NCBI RefSeq assembly: GCF_009914755.1
Contig: NC_060940.1
DNA length: 64,000 nucleotides
Source of the DNA: the human T2T-CHM13v2.0 reference genome, Homo sapiens
Strand: one strand, 5' to 3'
Part shown: piece by piece, positions 42,411 through 57,200 of the stretch
Numbering within the stretch: position 1 is the stretch's first letter
Layout of the letters: each line of letters begins with the position of its first letter
Program-made: the position numbers and the translations under genes
The notes under the pieces: generated by a model
What the model saw: the letters and a program-made list of their open reading frames with translations, nothing else
Told to the model about the DNA's origin: nothing
Databases searched by the model: none

Positions 42411-45400
42411 ATTCTATTCCATTTGATGATGATTCCATTCGATTCCATTCATTGGTGATTCCACTCAATTCCATTCAATGATTCCATTCCATTTCTTTCA
42501 ACAATGATTCCATTAGTTTCTAATCGATGATCCACTTGATTCCATTTGACGACGATTCCATTCTTGTCCATTCGATGATTCCATTTGATTCCATATGATG
42601 ATGATTCCATTCGATTCCATACCATGATGATTCCATTCGAGTCCATTCAATGGTGATTCCATTCAATTCCATTCGATGATTCCTTTCGATTCCATTCGAT
42701 GATGATGGCATTCGATTCCTTTCAATCATTCCCTTTGATTCCATTCAAAGGTGATTTCATTCAAGTCCATTCGATAATTGCATTCGATTCCATTCTATGA
42801 TGATTCCATTCGAGTCCATTTGATGATTCCATTCAATTCAAGTCAATGATGATTCCATTCGATTCCATTCGATGATTCCATTGGATTCCATTCGATGATG
42901 ATTCCATTCAAATCCATTCGATAATTCAATTCAAGTCCATTCGATGATGATTCCAATCGAATCCATTCAAAGATTCCATTCAGTTCCATTCGATGATTCC
43001 CTTAGATTCCATTCGATGATTCCACTTGATTGCATTTACGATGATTCCATTCGATTCCATGTGATGATTCCATTCAATTCTATTCAATGATGTCTCCATT
43101 TGATTCCATTCGACCATGATTGCCTTTGATTCCATTCAATGATTCCATTCGGTTCCGTTTGATGATGATTCCGTTCGATTCCATTTGATGATTCCATTTG
43201 ATTCCATTGGATGAGTCCATTCGATTACATTCGATGATTATTCCATTCGAGTGCATTAGATGATTCCATTCGAGTCCATTCGATGATTCCATTCGATTCC
43301 ATTCGATGTTGATTCTGTTCAAATCCATTCGATGATTCCACTCGATTCCATTCGTTGACTCCATTTGATCCCATTCGATGATTTCCTTTGATTCCCTTTG
43401 ATGATCATTCCATTTGATTCAATTCGGTGATTTCATTTGATTCCATTCAGTGATGTTTCCATTCGACTCCATTCGATGATGATTCCATTCGACTCCATTC
43501 GATTATGATTTCATTCAATTCCATTCGATAATGATTCCCTTCGAGTCCATTCGATGATTCCATTCGATTCCATTCAACGATGATTTGATTCGTGTCCATT
43601 CGATGATTCCATTTGATTCCACTTGACGATGATTCCATTCGAGTCCATTTGATGATTCCATTCAATTCCATACTCCGATGATTTCTTTTGAGCCCACTCA
43701 ATGCTTCCACTCGATTCCATATGATGATGACTCCATTCGATGAAATTCGATGATGATTCCATTCGCTTGCTTTCGATGATGATTCCACTTGAGTCCGTTA
43801 GAAGATTCTATTCAATTACATTCCATGACGATTCCGTTCGAGTCCATTTGATGATTCCATTAGACTCCATTCGACGATGATTCCATTCGATGTTATTCCA
43901 TGATTCCATTCGATCTCATTCGATGATGATTCCATTCAACTCCATTCGATGTTTCCATTCGAGTTCATTCTATTATTCCATTAGATTCCATTCGATGATG
44001 ATTCCATTCGATTCCATTTGATGATTGCATTCTATTTCATTTGATGATGATTCCATTCGAGTCCACTCGATGATTCCATTCGAGTCCATTTAATGAATCC
44101 ATTGGTTTCAATTCTATGATGATTACATTGGATTCCATTCGTTGATGATTTCATTCGGTTCCATTCAATGATGATTCCATTCAATTCCTTTCAATGTTTC
44201 CATTCAATTCCATACGATGATGATTCCATTTGATTTGATTCGACAGTGAGCCATTCGATTCAATTCCATGATGATTCTATTTGATTCAATTGGTTGACAT
44301 TTCCATTCGATTCCATTCGATGATGATTCCCTTTGATTCCGTTCCAAGATGATTCCATTCTAGCCCATTCAATCATTCCATTCGATTCTATTCAATGATG
44401 ATTCCATTCATGTCGATTTGGTGATTCCATTTGACTTCATTTGATGATGATTCCTTTCAAGTTCATTAGATGATTCCATTCGATTCCATTTGATGATGAT
44501 CCCATTCGAGTCCATTCAGTGATTCCATTCGTTTCCATTCCATGATGATTCCATTCCTTTCCATTCAATGATTCCATTCGATTCCGTTTGATGATGATTT
44601 CATTCGAGTCCATTTGATGATTCCATTTGATTCCATTCGATGATGATTCCATTCGAGTCCATTCGATGATTCTATTCGAATCCATTTGATGATTTCTTTT
44701 GATTATATTTGGTGATGATTCCATTGGAGTCCATTCAATGATTCCATTCTATTCCAATCGATGATGATTCCATTAGAGTCCATTTAATGATTCCATTTGA
44801 TTCCAGTCTCTGATGATTACATTCGAGTCCATACGATGATTCCACTCAATTCCATATGATGATGATTCCATTTGATTCCATTCGGTGATTCCATTCTATT
44901 CTATTCAATGGTGATTCCATTCGAGTACATTAGATGATTCCATTCGATTCCATTCAATGATGATTCTATTTGTGTCCCTTAGATGATTCCACATGATTCC
45001 ATTAGATGATGATACTATTTGAGCCCATCCAATGATTCCCTTCGTTTCCATTCGATGAGGATTCCATTCGATTCAATTCATTGGTGATTCTATTCAATTC
45101 AATTCTTTGATTCCATTCCATTCCATTCGACAATGATTCCATTCGATTTCTTTCGATGATTCCACTCGATTCCACTTGACATTGATTCCATTCGATTCCA
45201 TTCAATGATTCCATTTGATTCCAGTGGATGATGATTGCCATCGATTCCATTCGATCACTCCATTCTATTCCATTTGATGATGATTACATTCGATTCCATT
45301 TGATGATTCCATCTGATTCTATTCGAGGATTCCATTTGATTCCATTCGATGATGATTCCATTCGAGTCCATTCGATGATTTCATTCGAGTACATCCAATG

Positions 45401-48400
45401 ATTCCATTCGAGTCCATTAGATGATTCCATTTGATTCCATTTGAAAATGATTCTACTAGAGTCCATTCAATGACTCCATTCGAGTCCATTCAACAATTCC
45501 ATTCGACTCCATTCGATGATTCCATTCGATTCTATTTGATGGTTCCATTCGAGTCCATTTAATCATTACAGTCGAGTCCATTTGGTGATTCCACTGGATT
45601 TCTTTTGATAATGATACCATTCAATTACATTTGATGATGATCCCATTCAATTTCATTTGATGATGATTCCATTAGAGTCCATTCGATGATTTCATTCGAG
45701 TCCCTTCATTGATTCCATCCAATTTCATTGGATGATGACTCCATTCGAGTCCATTCGATGATTCCACTCGATTCCATTAGATGACTCCATTGGAGTCCAT
45801 TTGATTGTTCCATTCGATTCCATTCGATTCCTTTCGAAGATTATTCCATTTGAGTCCATTCGATGATGATTCCATTCCATTCCATTCGATGATTCCGTTT
45901 GATTCCATTCGATGATTCCCTTCGATTCCTTTCTTTGATGATTCCATTCCATTCCATTCAATGATTCCATTCGAATCTATTCCATGATGATTCCTTTCGA
46001 TTCCATTCGCTGATGTTTCCGTTCAATTCCATTCGATGATGATTCCATTCGATTCCATTCATTGAGGATTCCATTTGATTCCATTCAATGATGATTCCAT
46101 TCTATTCCATTCAATGATTGCATTCAATTCCATTCAATGATTATCCCATTAGAGTAAACTCAACGATTCCATTCAATACCATTCGATGATGATTCCTTTT
46201 GAGTCCATTCAATGATTTCATTCAAGTCCATTTGATGATTCCTTTCAATTCCATTCTATGATGATTCCATTCGAGTCCATTCGATGATTCCATTCGATTG
46301 CATTCGATGATTCCATTATATTCCAGTCAACGATGATTCCATTCGAGTCCATTCGATGATTCCATTAGAGTACATTTAATGATTGCTTTGTTTTCAATTC
46401 GAAGATGATTACATTGGATTCCATTCTATGATACCATTCGATTCCATTCAATGATGATTCCACTCAAATCCATTGGATGATTCCATTCGTGTCCATTCGG
46501 TGATTTCATTAGATTCCATTCGAGGATGATTCCATTCGATTCCATTCGATGATTCCATTCAATTCCATTCGATGATGATTCCATTCCAGTCCATATGATC
46601 ATTCCATTTGATTTCATTCGATGATGATTCCATTCAATTCGATTCGACGATTCCATTCTATTCCATTCGATGATGATTCCATTCGAGTCCATTCGATGAT
46701 TCCATTCGAGTCCATTTAATGATTCCATTGGGTTCAATTCAATGATGATTACATTGGATTCCGTTCTATGATTCCATTCAATTCCGTTCATTGACAATTT
46801 GATTCCATTCGATGATGATTCCATTTGAGTTCATTCGATGATTCTATTCGATTCTCTTCGATGGTGATTCAATTCTATTATATTGGATGATTCCATTCGA
46901 TTCCATTTGATGTTGATTCAATTCGATTCTATTCGATGATGATTCCATTGGATTTCACTTGATGATTCTATTCGATTCCATTCAATGATGATTCACTTCT
47001 CGTCCATTGGATGATTCCATTTCATTCCATTCGATGATGATTCCATTCGATTCCATTCGATGATTCCATTTGATTCCATGCGACGGTGAGCAATTCGATT
47101 CAATTCCATGATGATTCTATTTGATTCAATTAGATGATGTTTCCATTCGAATCCATTCCATGATTATTCCATTGGAATCCATTCGGCGATGATTCCATAT
47201 GAGTCAATTCAATGATGATTCCATATGGGTCCGTTCGATGATAATTCCATTTGATTTCATTCGATGCTTCTATTCTATTCCAGTCGATGATGATTCCGTT
47301 GGAGTCCATACGATGATTCCATTTGATTTCATTTGATGATGATTCCATTCGATGATGATTACATTGGATTCCATTCTATGATTCCATTCAATTCCATTCG
47401 TTGATGATTCGATTCCATTCAATGATGATTCCATTTGAGTTCATTCGATGATTCTATTCGATTCCGTTCGATGGTGATTCAATTCTATTATATTGGATGA
47501 TTCCACTCGATTCCATTTGATGATTATTCCATTGGAGTCCACTTAGTGAATCCTTTAGATTCTACTCGACGATGATTCCATTCGAGTCCATTCGATGATA
47601 CCATTCAATTCCATTCGTTGATGCTTCCATTCAAGTGCATTCGATGATATCATTCGATTCCATTTGATGATAATTCCATTTGATTCCATGCGATGATTCT
47701 ATTCGATTCCATTCAATGATAATTCCATTCAATTCAGTGATTCCTCTGGACTCCATTTGATGATGATTCCATTCAATGATTCCATTCGATTCTATTCGAA
47801 AATGATTCCATTTGAATCCATTTGATGATGATTCCATTAGATTCCATTTGATGATTCCATTCGATTCCATTAGACGATGATTCCATTCGATTCCGTTTGA
47901 TGATTCCATTCTATTCTATTCGATGATGATTCCATTCGATTCCATTCGATGATGATTGGATTCGATTCCATTTGATGATTTCATTTGATTCCATTCGTTA
48001 ATGATTTCGATCAATTCCATTCGATGATTCCATTCGATTCCATTCGATAATGATTACATCCGAGTCCATTCGATGATTCCCTTTGAGCCTGTTCGATAAT
48101 TCCATTTGAGTCAAACCAATGATTCCATTCATTTCCATTCAATGATTCCATTCGAGTCCATTTGATCATTCCGGTAGGGTCCATTCGATGTTGATTCCAT
48201 TGGAGTGCATTCGATGATTCCATTCGAGTCCATTTTAGGATTTGATTCGAGTCCTTTCGATGATTCCATTCGATTCCACTCGATGATGATTTCATTCGAG
48301 TCCATTCGACACTTCCAATCGATTCCATTTGATGATTCCATTCGAGTCCAATTGATGATTCCATTCAATTCCATTCGATGATGATTCCGTACGATTCCAT

Positions 48401-48522
48401 TCTGTGATGATTCCATGTGATTGCATTCAATGATGATTCCTTTCGATTGCATTCGATTATGATTCATTTCGTGTTCATTCTATGGTTCCACAGGTTTCCA
48501 TTCGTGTCCATTCCATTATTCC
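42411..48522 (+). repeat. HSat2 6,112-bp unit 8 (counterpart of unit 1)
   Basis: ORF offset 42449 to 48561 = 6112. Shares unit-1 variants, visible in the ORF track as NEGNH, SNRIE, HRLME and WFDS. Confidence 0.95.
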
Positions 48523-51500
48523 ATTCTATTCCATTTGATGATGATTCCATTCGATTCCATTCATTGGTGATTCCACTCAATTCCATTCAATGATTCCATT
48601 CCATTTCTTTCAACAATGATTCCATTAGTTTCTAATCGATGATCCACTTGATTCCATTTGACGACGATTCCATTCTTGTCCATTCGATGATTCCATTTGA
48701 TTCCATATGATGATGATTCCATTCGATTCCATACCATGATGATTCCATTCGAGTCCATTCAATGGTGATTCCATTCAATTCCATTCGATGATTCCTTTTG
48801 ATTCCATTCGATGATGATGGCATTCGATTCCTTTCAATCATTCCCTTTGATTTCATTCAAAGGTGATTTCATTCAAGTCCATTCGATAATTGCATTCGAT
48901 TCCATTCTATGATGATTCCATTCGAGTCCATTTGATGATTCCATTCAATTCAAGTCAATGATGATTCTATTCGATTCCATTCGATGATTCCATTGGATTC
49001 CATTCGATGATGATTCCATTCAAATCCATTCGATAATTCAATTCAAGTCCATTCGATGATGATTCCAATCGAATCCATTCAAAGATTCCATTCAGTTCCA
49101 TTCGATGATTCCCTTAGATTCCATTAGATGATCCAACTTGATTGCATTTACGATGATTCCATTCGATTCCATGTGATGATTCCATTCAATTCTATTCAAT
49201 GATGTCTCCATTTGATTCCATTCGACCATGATTGCCTTTGATTCCATTCAATGATTCCATTCGGTTCCGTTTGATGATGATTCCGTTCGATTCCATTTGA
49301 TGATTCCATTTGATTCCATTGGATGAGTCCATTCGATTACATTCGATGATTATTCCATTCGAGTGCATTAGATGATTCCATTCGAGTCCATTCGATGATT
49401 CCATTCGATTCCATTCGATGTTGATTCTGTTCAAATCCATTCGATGATTCCACTCGATTCCATTCGTTGACTCCATTTGATCCCATTCGATGATTTCCTT
49501 TGATTCCCTTTGATGATCATTCCATTTGATTCAATTCGGTGATTTCATTTGATTCCATTCAGTGATGTTTCCATTCGACTCCATTCGATGATGATTCCAT
49601 TCGACTCCATTCGATTATGATTTCATTCAATTCCATTCGATAATGATTCCCTTCGAGTCCATTCGATGATTCCATTCGATTCCATTCAACGATGATTTGA
49701 TTCGTGTCCATTCGATGATTCCATTTGATTCCACTTGATGATGATTCCATTCGAGTCCATTTGATGATTCCATTCAATTCCATACTCCGATGATTTCTTT
49801 TGAGCCCACTCAATGCTTCCACTCGATTCCATATGATGATGACTCCATTCGATGAAATTCGATGATGATTCCATTCGCTTGCTTTCGATGATGATTCCAC
49901 TTGAGTCCGTTAGAAGATTCTATTCAATTACATTCCAGGACGATTCCGTTCGAGTCCATTTGATGATTCCATTAGACTCCATTCGACGATGATTCCATTC
50001 GATGTTATTCGATGATTCCATTCGATCTCATTCGATGATGATTCCATTCAACTCCATTCGATGTTTCCATTCGAGTTCATTCTATTATTCCATTAGATTC
50101 CATTCGATGATGATTCCATTCGATTCCATTTGATGATTGCATTCTATTTCATTTGATGATGATTCCATTCGAGTCCACTCGATGATTCCATTCGAGTCCA
50201 TTTAATGAATCCATTGGTTTCAATTCTATGATGATTACATTGGATTCCATTCGTTGATGATTTCATTCGGTTCCATTCCATGATGATTCCATTCCTTTCC
50301 ATTCAATGATTCCATTCGATTCCGTTTGATGATGATTTCATTCGAGTCCATTTGATGATTCCATTTGATTTCTTTCGATGATGATTCCATTCGAGTCCAT
50401 TCGATGATTCTATTCGAATCCATTTGATGATTTCTTTTGATTATATTTGGTGATGATTCCATTGGAGTCCATTCAATGATTCCATTCTATTCCAATCGAT
50501 GATGATTCCATTAGAGTCCATTTAATGATTCCATTTGATTCCAGTCTCTGATGATTACATTCGAGTCCATACGATGATTCCACTCAATTCCATATGATGA
50601 TGATTCCATTTGATTCCATTCGGTGATTCCGTTCTATTCTATTCAATGGTGATTCCATTCGAGTACATTAGATGATTCCATTCGATTCCATTCATTGATG
50701 ATTCTATTTGTGTCCCTTAGATGATTCCACATGATTCCATTAGATGATGATACTATTTGAGCCCATCCAATGATTCCCTTCGATTCCATTCGATGAGGAT
50801 TCCATTCGATTCAATTCATTGGTGATTCTATTCAATTCAATTCTTTGATTCCATTCCATTCCATTCGACAATGATTCCATTCGATTTCTTTCGATGATTC
50901 CACTCGATTCCACTTGACATTGATTCCATTCGATTCCATTCAATGATTCCATTTGATTCCAGTGGATGATGATTGCCATCGATTCCATTCGATCACTCCA
51001 TTCTATTCCATTTGATGATGATTACATTCGATTCCATTTGATGATTCCATCTGATTCTATTCGAGGATTCCATTTGATTCCATTCGATGATGATTCCATT
51101 CGAGTCCATTCGATGATTTCATTCGAGTACATCCAATGATTCCATTCGAGTCCATTAGATGATTCCATTTGATTCCATTTGAAAATGATTCTACTAGAGT
51201 CCATTCAATGACTCCATTCGAGTCCATTCAACAGTTCCATTCGACTCCATTCGATGATTCCATTCGATTCCATTTGATGGTTCCATTCGAGTCCATTTAA
51301 TCATTACAGTCGAGTCCATTTGGTGATTCCACTGGATTTCTTTTGATAATGATACCATTCAATTACATTTGATGATGATCCCATTCAATTTCATTTGATG
51401 ATGATTCCATTAGAGTCCATTCGATGATTTCATTCGAGTCCCTTCATTGATTCCATCCGATTTCATTGGATGATGACTCCATTCGAGTCCATTCGATGAT

Positions 51501-54260
51501 TCCACTCGATTCCATTAGATGACTCCATTGGAGTCCATTTGATTGTTCCATTCGATTCCATTTGATTCCTTTCGAAGATTATTCCATTTGAGTCCATTCG
51601 ATGATGATTCCATTCCATTCCATTCCATGATTCCGTTTGATTCCATTCGATGATTCCCTTCGATTCCTTTCTTTGATGATTCCATTCCATTCCATTCAAT
51701 GATTCCATTCGAATCTATTCCATGATGATTCCTTTCGATTCCATTCGCTGATGTTTCCGTTCAATTCCATTCGATGATGATTCCATTCGATTCCATTCAT
51801 TGAGGATTCCATTTGATTCCATTCAATGATGATTCCATTCTATTCCATTCAATGATTGCATTCAATTCCATTCAATGATTATCCCATTAGAGTAAACTCA
51901 ACGATTCCATTCAATATCATTCGATGATGATTCCTTTTGAGTCCATTCAATGATTTCATTCAAGTCCATTTGATGATTCCTTTCAATTCCATTCTATGAT
52001 GATTCCATTCGAGTCCATTCGATGATTCCATTCGATTGCATTCGATGATTCCATTATATTCCATTCAACGATGATTCCATTCGAGTCCATTCCATGATTC
52101 CATTAGAGTACATTTAATGATTGCTTTGTTTTCAATTCGAAGATGATTACATTGGATTCCATTCTATGATACCATTCGATTCCATTCAATGATGATTCCA
52201 CTCAAATCCATTGGATGATTCCATTCGTGTCCATTCGGTGATTTCATTAGATTCCATTCGAGGATGATTCCATTCGATTCCATTCGATGATTCCATTCAA
52301 TTCCATTCGATGATGATTCCATTCCAGTCCATATGATCATTCCATTTGATTTCATTCGATGATGATTCCATTCGATTCCATTCGACGATTTCATTCTATT
52401 CCATTCGATGATGATTCCATTCGAGTCCATTCGATGATTCCATTCGAGTCCATTTAATGATTCCATTGGGTTCAATTCAATGATGATTACATTGGATTCC
52501 GTTCTATGATTCCATTCAATTCCGTTCATTGACAATTTGATTCCATTCGATGATGATTCCATTTGAGTTCATTCGATGATTCTATTCGATTCTCTTCGAT
52601 GGTGATTCAATTCTATTATATTGGATGATTCCATTCGATTCCATTTGATGTTGATTCAATTCGATTCTATTCGATGATGATTCCATTGGATTTCACTTGA
52701 TGATTCTATTCGATTCCATTCAATGATGATTCACTTCTCGTCCATTGGATGATTCCATTTCATTCCATTCGATGATGATTCCATTCGATTCCATTCGATG
52801 ATTCCATTTGATTCCATGCGACGGTGAGCAATTCGATTCAATTCCATGATGATTCTATTTGATTCAATTAGATGATGTTTCCATTCGAATCCATTCCATG
52901 ATTATTCCATTGGAATCCATTCGGCGATGATTCCATATGAGTCAATTCAATGATGATTCCATATGGGTCCGTTCGATGATAATTCCATTTGATTTCATTC
53001 GATGCTTCTATTCTATTCCAGTCGATGATGATTCCGTTGGAGTCCATACGATGATTCCATTTGATTTCATTTGATGATGATTCCATTCGATGATGATTAC
53101 ATTGGATTCCATTCTATGATTCCATTCAATTCCATTCGTTGATGATTCGATTCCATTCAATGATGATTCCATTTGAGTTCATTCGATGATTCTATTCGAT
53201 TCCGTTCGATGGTGATTCAATTCTATTATATTGGATGATTCCACTCGATTCCATTTGATGATTATTCCATTGGAGTCCACTTAGTGAATCCTTTAGATTC
53301 TACTCGACGATGATTCCATTCGAGTCCATTCGATGATACCATTCAATTCCATTCGTTGATGCTTCCATTCAAGTGCATTCGATGATATCATTCGATTCCA
53401 TTTGATGATAATTCCATTTGATTCCATGCGATGATTCTATTCGATTCCATTCAATGATAATTCCATTCAATTCAGTGATTCCTCTGGACTCCATTTGATG
53501 ATGATTCCATTCAATGATTCCATTCGATTCTATTCGAAAATGATTCCATTTGAATCCATTTGATGATGATTCCATTAGATTCCATTTGATGATTCCATTC
53601 GATTCCATTCGACGATGATTCCATTCGATTCCGTTTGATGATTCCATTCTATTCTATTCGATGATGATTCCATTCGATTCCATTCGATGATGATTGGATT
53701 CGATTCCATTGGATGATTTCATTTGATTCCATTCGTTAATGATTTCGATCAATTCCATTCGATGATTCCATTCGATTCCATTCGATAATGATTACATCCG
53801 AGTCCATTCGATGATTCCCTTTGAGCCTGTTCGATAATTCCATTTGAGTCCAACCAATGATTCCATTCATTTCCATTCAATGATTCCATTCGAGTCCATT
53901 TGATCATTCCGGTAGGGTCCATTCGATGTTGATTCCATTGGAGTGCATTCGATGATTCCATTCGAGTCCATTTTAGGATTTGATTCGAGTCCTTTCGATG
54001 ATTCCATTCGATTCCACTCGATGATGATTTCATTCGAGTCCATTCGACACTTCCAATCGATTCCATTTGATGATTCCATTCGAGTCCAATTGATGATTCC
54101 ATTCAATTCCATTCGATGATGATTCCGTACGATTCCATTCTGTGATGATTCCATGTGATTGCATTCAATGATGATTCCTTTCGATTGCATTCGATTATGA
54201 TTCATTTCGTGTTCATTCTATGGTTCCACAGGTTTCCATTCGTGTCCATTCCATTATTCC
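48523..54260 (+). repeat. HSat2 unit 9, 5,738-bp deletion variant (counterpart of unit 2)
   Basis: ORF offset 48561 to 54299 = 5738. Same deletion junction at 50271-50278. Shares the MKSKG, KEIKW, ESWNG and RMKSS variants with unit 2. Confidence 0.95.
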
Positions 54261-57200
54261 ATTCTATTCCATTTGATGATGATTCCATTCGATTCCATTC
54301 ATTGGTGATTCCACTCAATTCCATTCAATGATTCCATTCCATTTCTTTCAACAATGATTCCATTAGTTTCTAATCGATGATCCACTTGATTCCATTTGAC
54401 GACGATTCCATTCTTGTCCATTCGATGATTCCATTTGATTCCATATGATGATGATTCCATTCGATTCCATACCATGATGATTCCATTCGAGTCCATTCAA
54501 TGGTGATTCCATTCAATTCCATTCGATGATTCCTTTTGATTCCATTCGATGATGATGGCATTCGATTCCTTTCAATCATTCCCTTTGATTCCATTCAAAG
54601 GTGATTTCATTCAAGTCCATTCGATAATTGCATTCGATTCCATTCTATGATGATTCCATTCGAGTCCATTTGATGATTCCATTCAATTCAAGTCAATGAT
54701 GATTCCATTCGATTCCATTCGATGATTCCATTGGATTCCATTCGATGATGATTCCATTCAAATCCATTCGATAATTCAATTCAAGTCCATTCGATGATGA
54801 TTCCAATCGAATCCATTCAAAGATTCCATTCAGTTCCATTCGATGATTCCCTTAGATTCCATTCGATGATTCCACTTGATTGCATTTACGATGATTCCAT
54901 TCGATTCCATGTGATGATTCCATTCAATTCTATTCAATGATGTCTCCATTTGATTCCATTCGACCATGATTGCCTTTGATTCCATTCAATGATTCCATTC
55001 GGTTCCGTTTGATGATGATTCCGTTCGATTCCATTTGATGATTCCATTTGATTCCATTGGATGAGTCCATTCGATTACATTCGATGATTATTCCATTCGA
55101 GTGCATTAGATGATTCCATTCGAGTCCATTCGATGATTCCATTCGATTCCATTCGATGTTGATTCTGTTCAAATCCATTCGATGATTCCACTCGATTCCA
55201 TTCATTGACTCCATTTGATCCCATTCGATGATTTCCTTTGATTCCCTTTGATGATCATTCCATTTGATTCAATTCGGTGATTTCATTTGATTCCATTCAG
55301 TGATGTTTCCATTCGACTCCATTCGATGATGATTCCATTCGACTCCATTCGATTATGATTTCATTCAATTCCATTCGATAATGATTCCCTTCGAGTCCAT
55401 TCGATGATTCCATTCGATTCCATTCAACGATGATTTGATTCGTGTCCATTCGATGATTCCATTTGATTCCACTTGATGATGATTCCATTCGAGTCCATTT
55501 GATGATTCCATTCAATTCCATACTCCGATGATTTCTTTTGAGCCCACTCAATGCTTCCACTCGATTCCATATGATGATGACTCCATTCGATGAAATTCGA
55601 TGATGATTCCATTCGCTTGCTTTCGATGATGATTCCACTTGAGTCCGTTAGAAGATTCTATTCAATTACATTCCAGGACGATTCCGTTCGAGTCCATTTG
55701 ATGATTCCATTAGACTCCATTCGACGATGATTCCATTCGATGTTATTCGATGATTCCATTCGATCTCATTTGATGATGATTCCATTCAACTCCATTCGAT
55801 GTTTCCATTCGAGTTCATTCTATTATTCCATTAGATTCCATTCGATGATGATTCCATTCGATTCCATTTGATGATTGCATTCTATTTCATTTGATGATGA
55901 TTCCATTCGAGTCCACTCGATGATTCCATTCGAGTCCATTTCATGAATCCATTGGTTTCAATTCTATGATGATTACATTGGATTCCATTCGTTGATGATT
56001 TCATTCGGTTCCATTCAATGATGATTCCATTCAATTCCTTTCAATGTTTCCATTCAATTCCATACGATGATGATTCCATTTGATTTGATTCGACAGTGAG
56101 CCATTCGATTCAATTCCATGATGATTCTATTTGATTCAATTGGTTGACATTTCCATTCGATTCCATTCGATGATGATTCCCTTTGATTCCGTTCAAAGAT
56201 GATTCCATTCTAGCCCATTCAATCATTCCATTCGATTCTATTCAATGATGATTCCATTCATGTCGATTTGGTGATTCCATTTGACTTCATTTGATGATGA
56301 TTCCTTTCAAGTTCATTAGATGATTCCATTCGATTCCATTTGATGATGATCCCATTCGAGTCCATTCAGTGATTCCATTCGTTTCTATTCCATGATGATT
56401 CCATTCCTTTCCATTCAATGATTCCATTCGATTCCGTTTGATGATGATTTCATTCGAGTCCATTTGATGATTCCATTTGATTCCATTCGATGATGATTCC
56501 ATTCGAGTCCATTCGATGATTCTATTCGAATCCATTTGATGATTTCTTTTGATTATATTTGGTGATGATTCCATTGGAGTCCATTCAATGATTCCATTCT
56601 ATTCCAATCGATGATGATTCCATTAGAGTCCATTTAATGATTCCATTTGATTCCAGTCTCTGATGATTACATTCGAGTCCATACGATGATTCTACTCAAT
56701 TCCATATGATGATGATTCCATTTGATTCCATTCGGTGATTCCATTCTATTCTATTCAATGGTGATTCCATTCGAGTACATTAGATGATTCCATTCGATTC
56801 CATTCAATGATGATTCTATTTGTGTCCCTTAGATGATTCCACATGATTCCATTAGATGATGATACTATTTGAGCCCATCCAATGATTCCCTTCGATTCCA
56901 TTCGATGAGGATTCCATTCGATTCAATTCATTGGTGATTCTATTCAATTCAATTCTTTGATTCCATTCCATTCCATTCGACAATGATTCCATTCGATTTC
57001 TTTCGATGATTCCACTCGATTCCACTTGACATTGATTCCATTCGATTCCATTCAATGATTCCATTTGATTCCAGTGGATGATGATTGCCATCGATTCCAT
57101 TCGATCACTCCATTCTATTCCATTTGATGATGATTACATTCGATTCCATTTGATGATTCCATCTGATTCTATTCGAGGATTCCATTTGATTCCATTCGAT

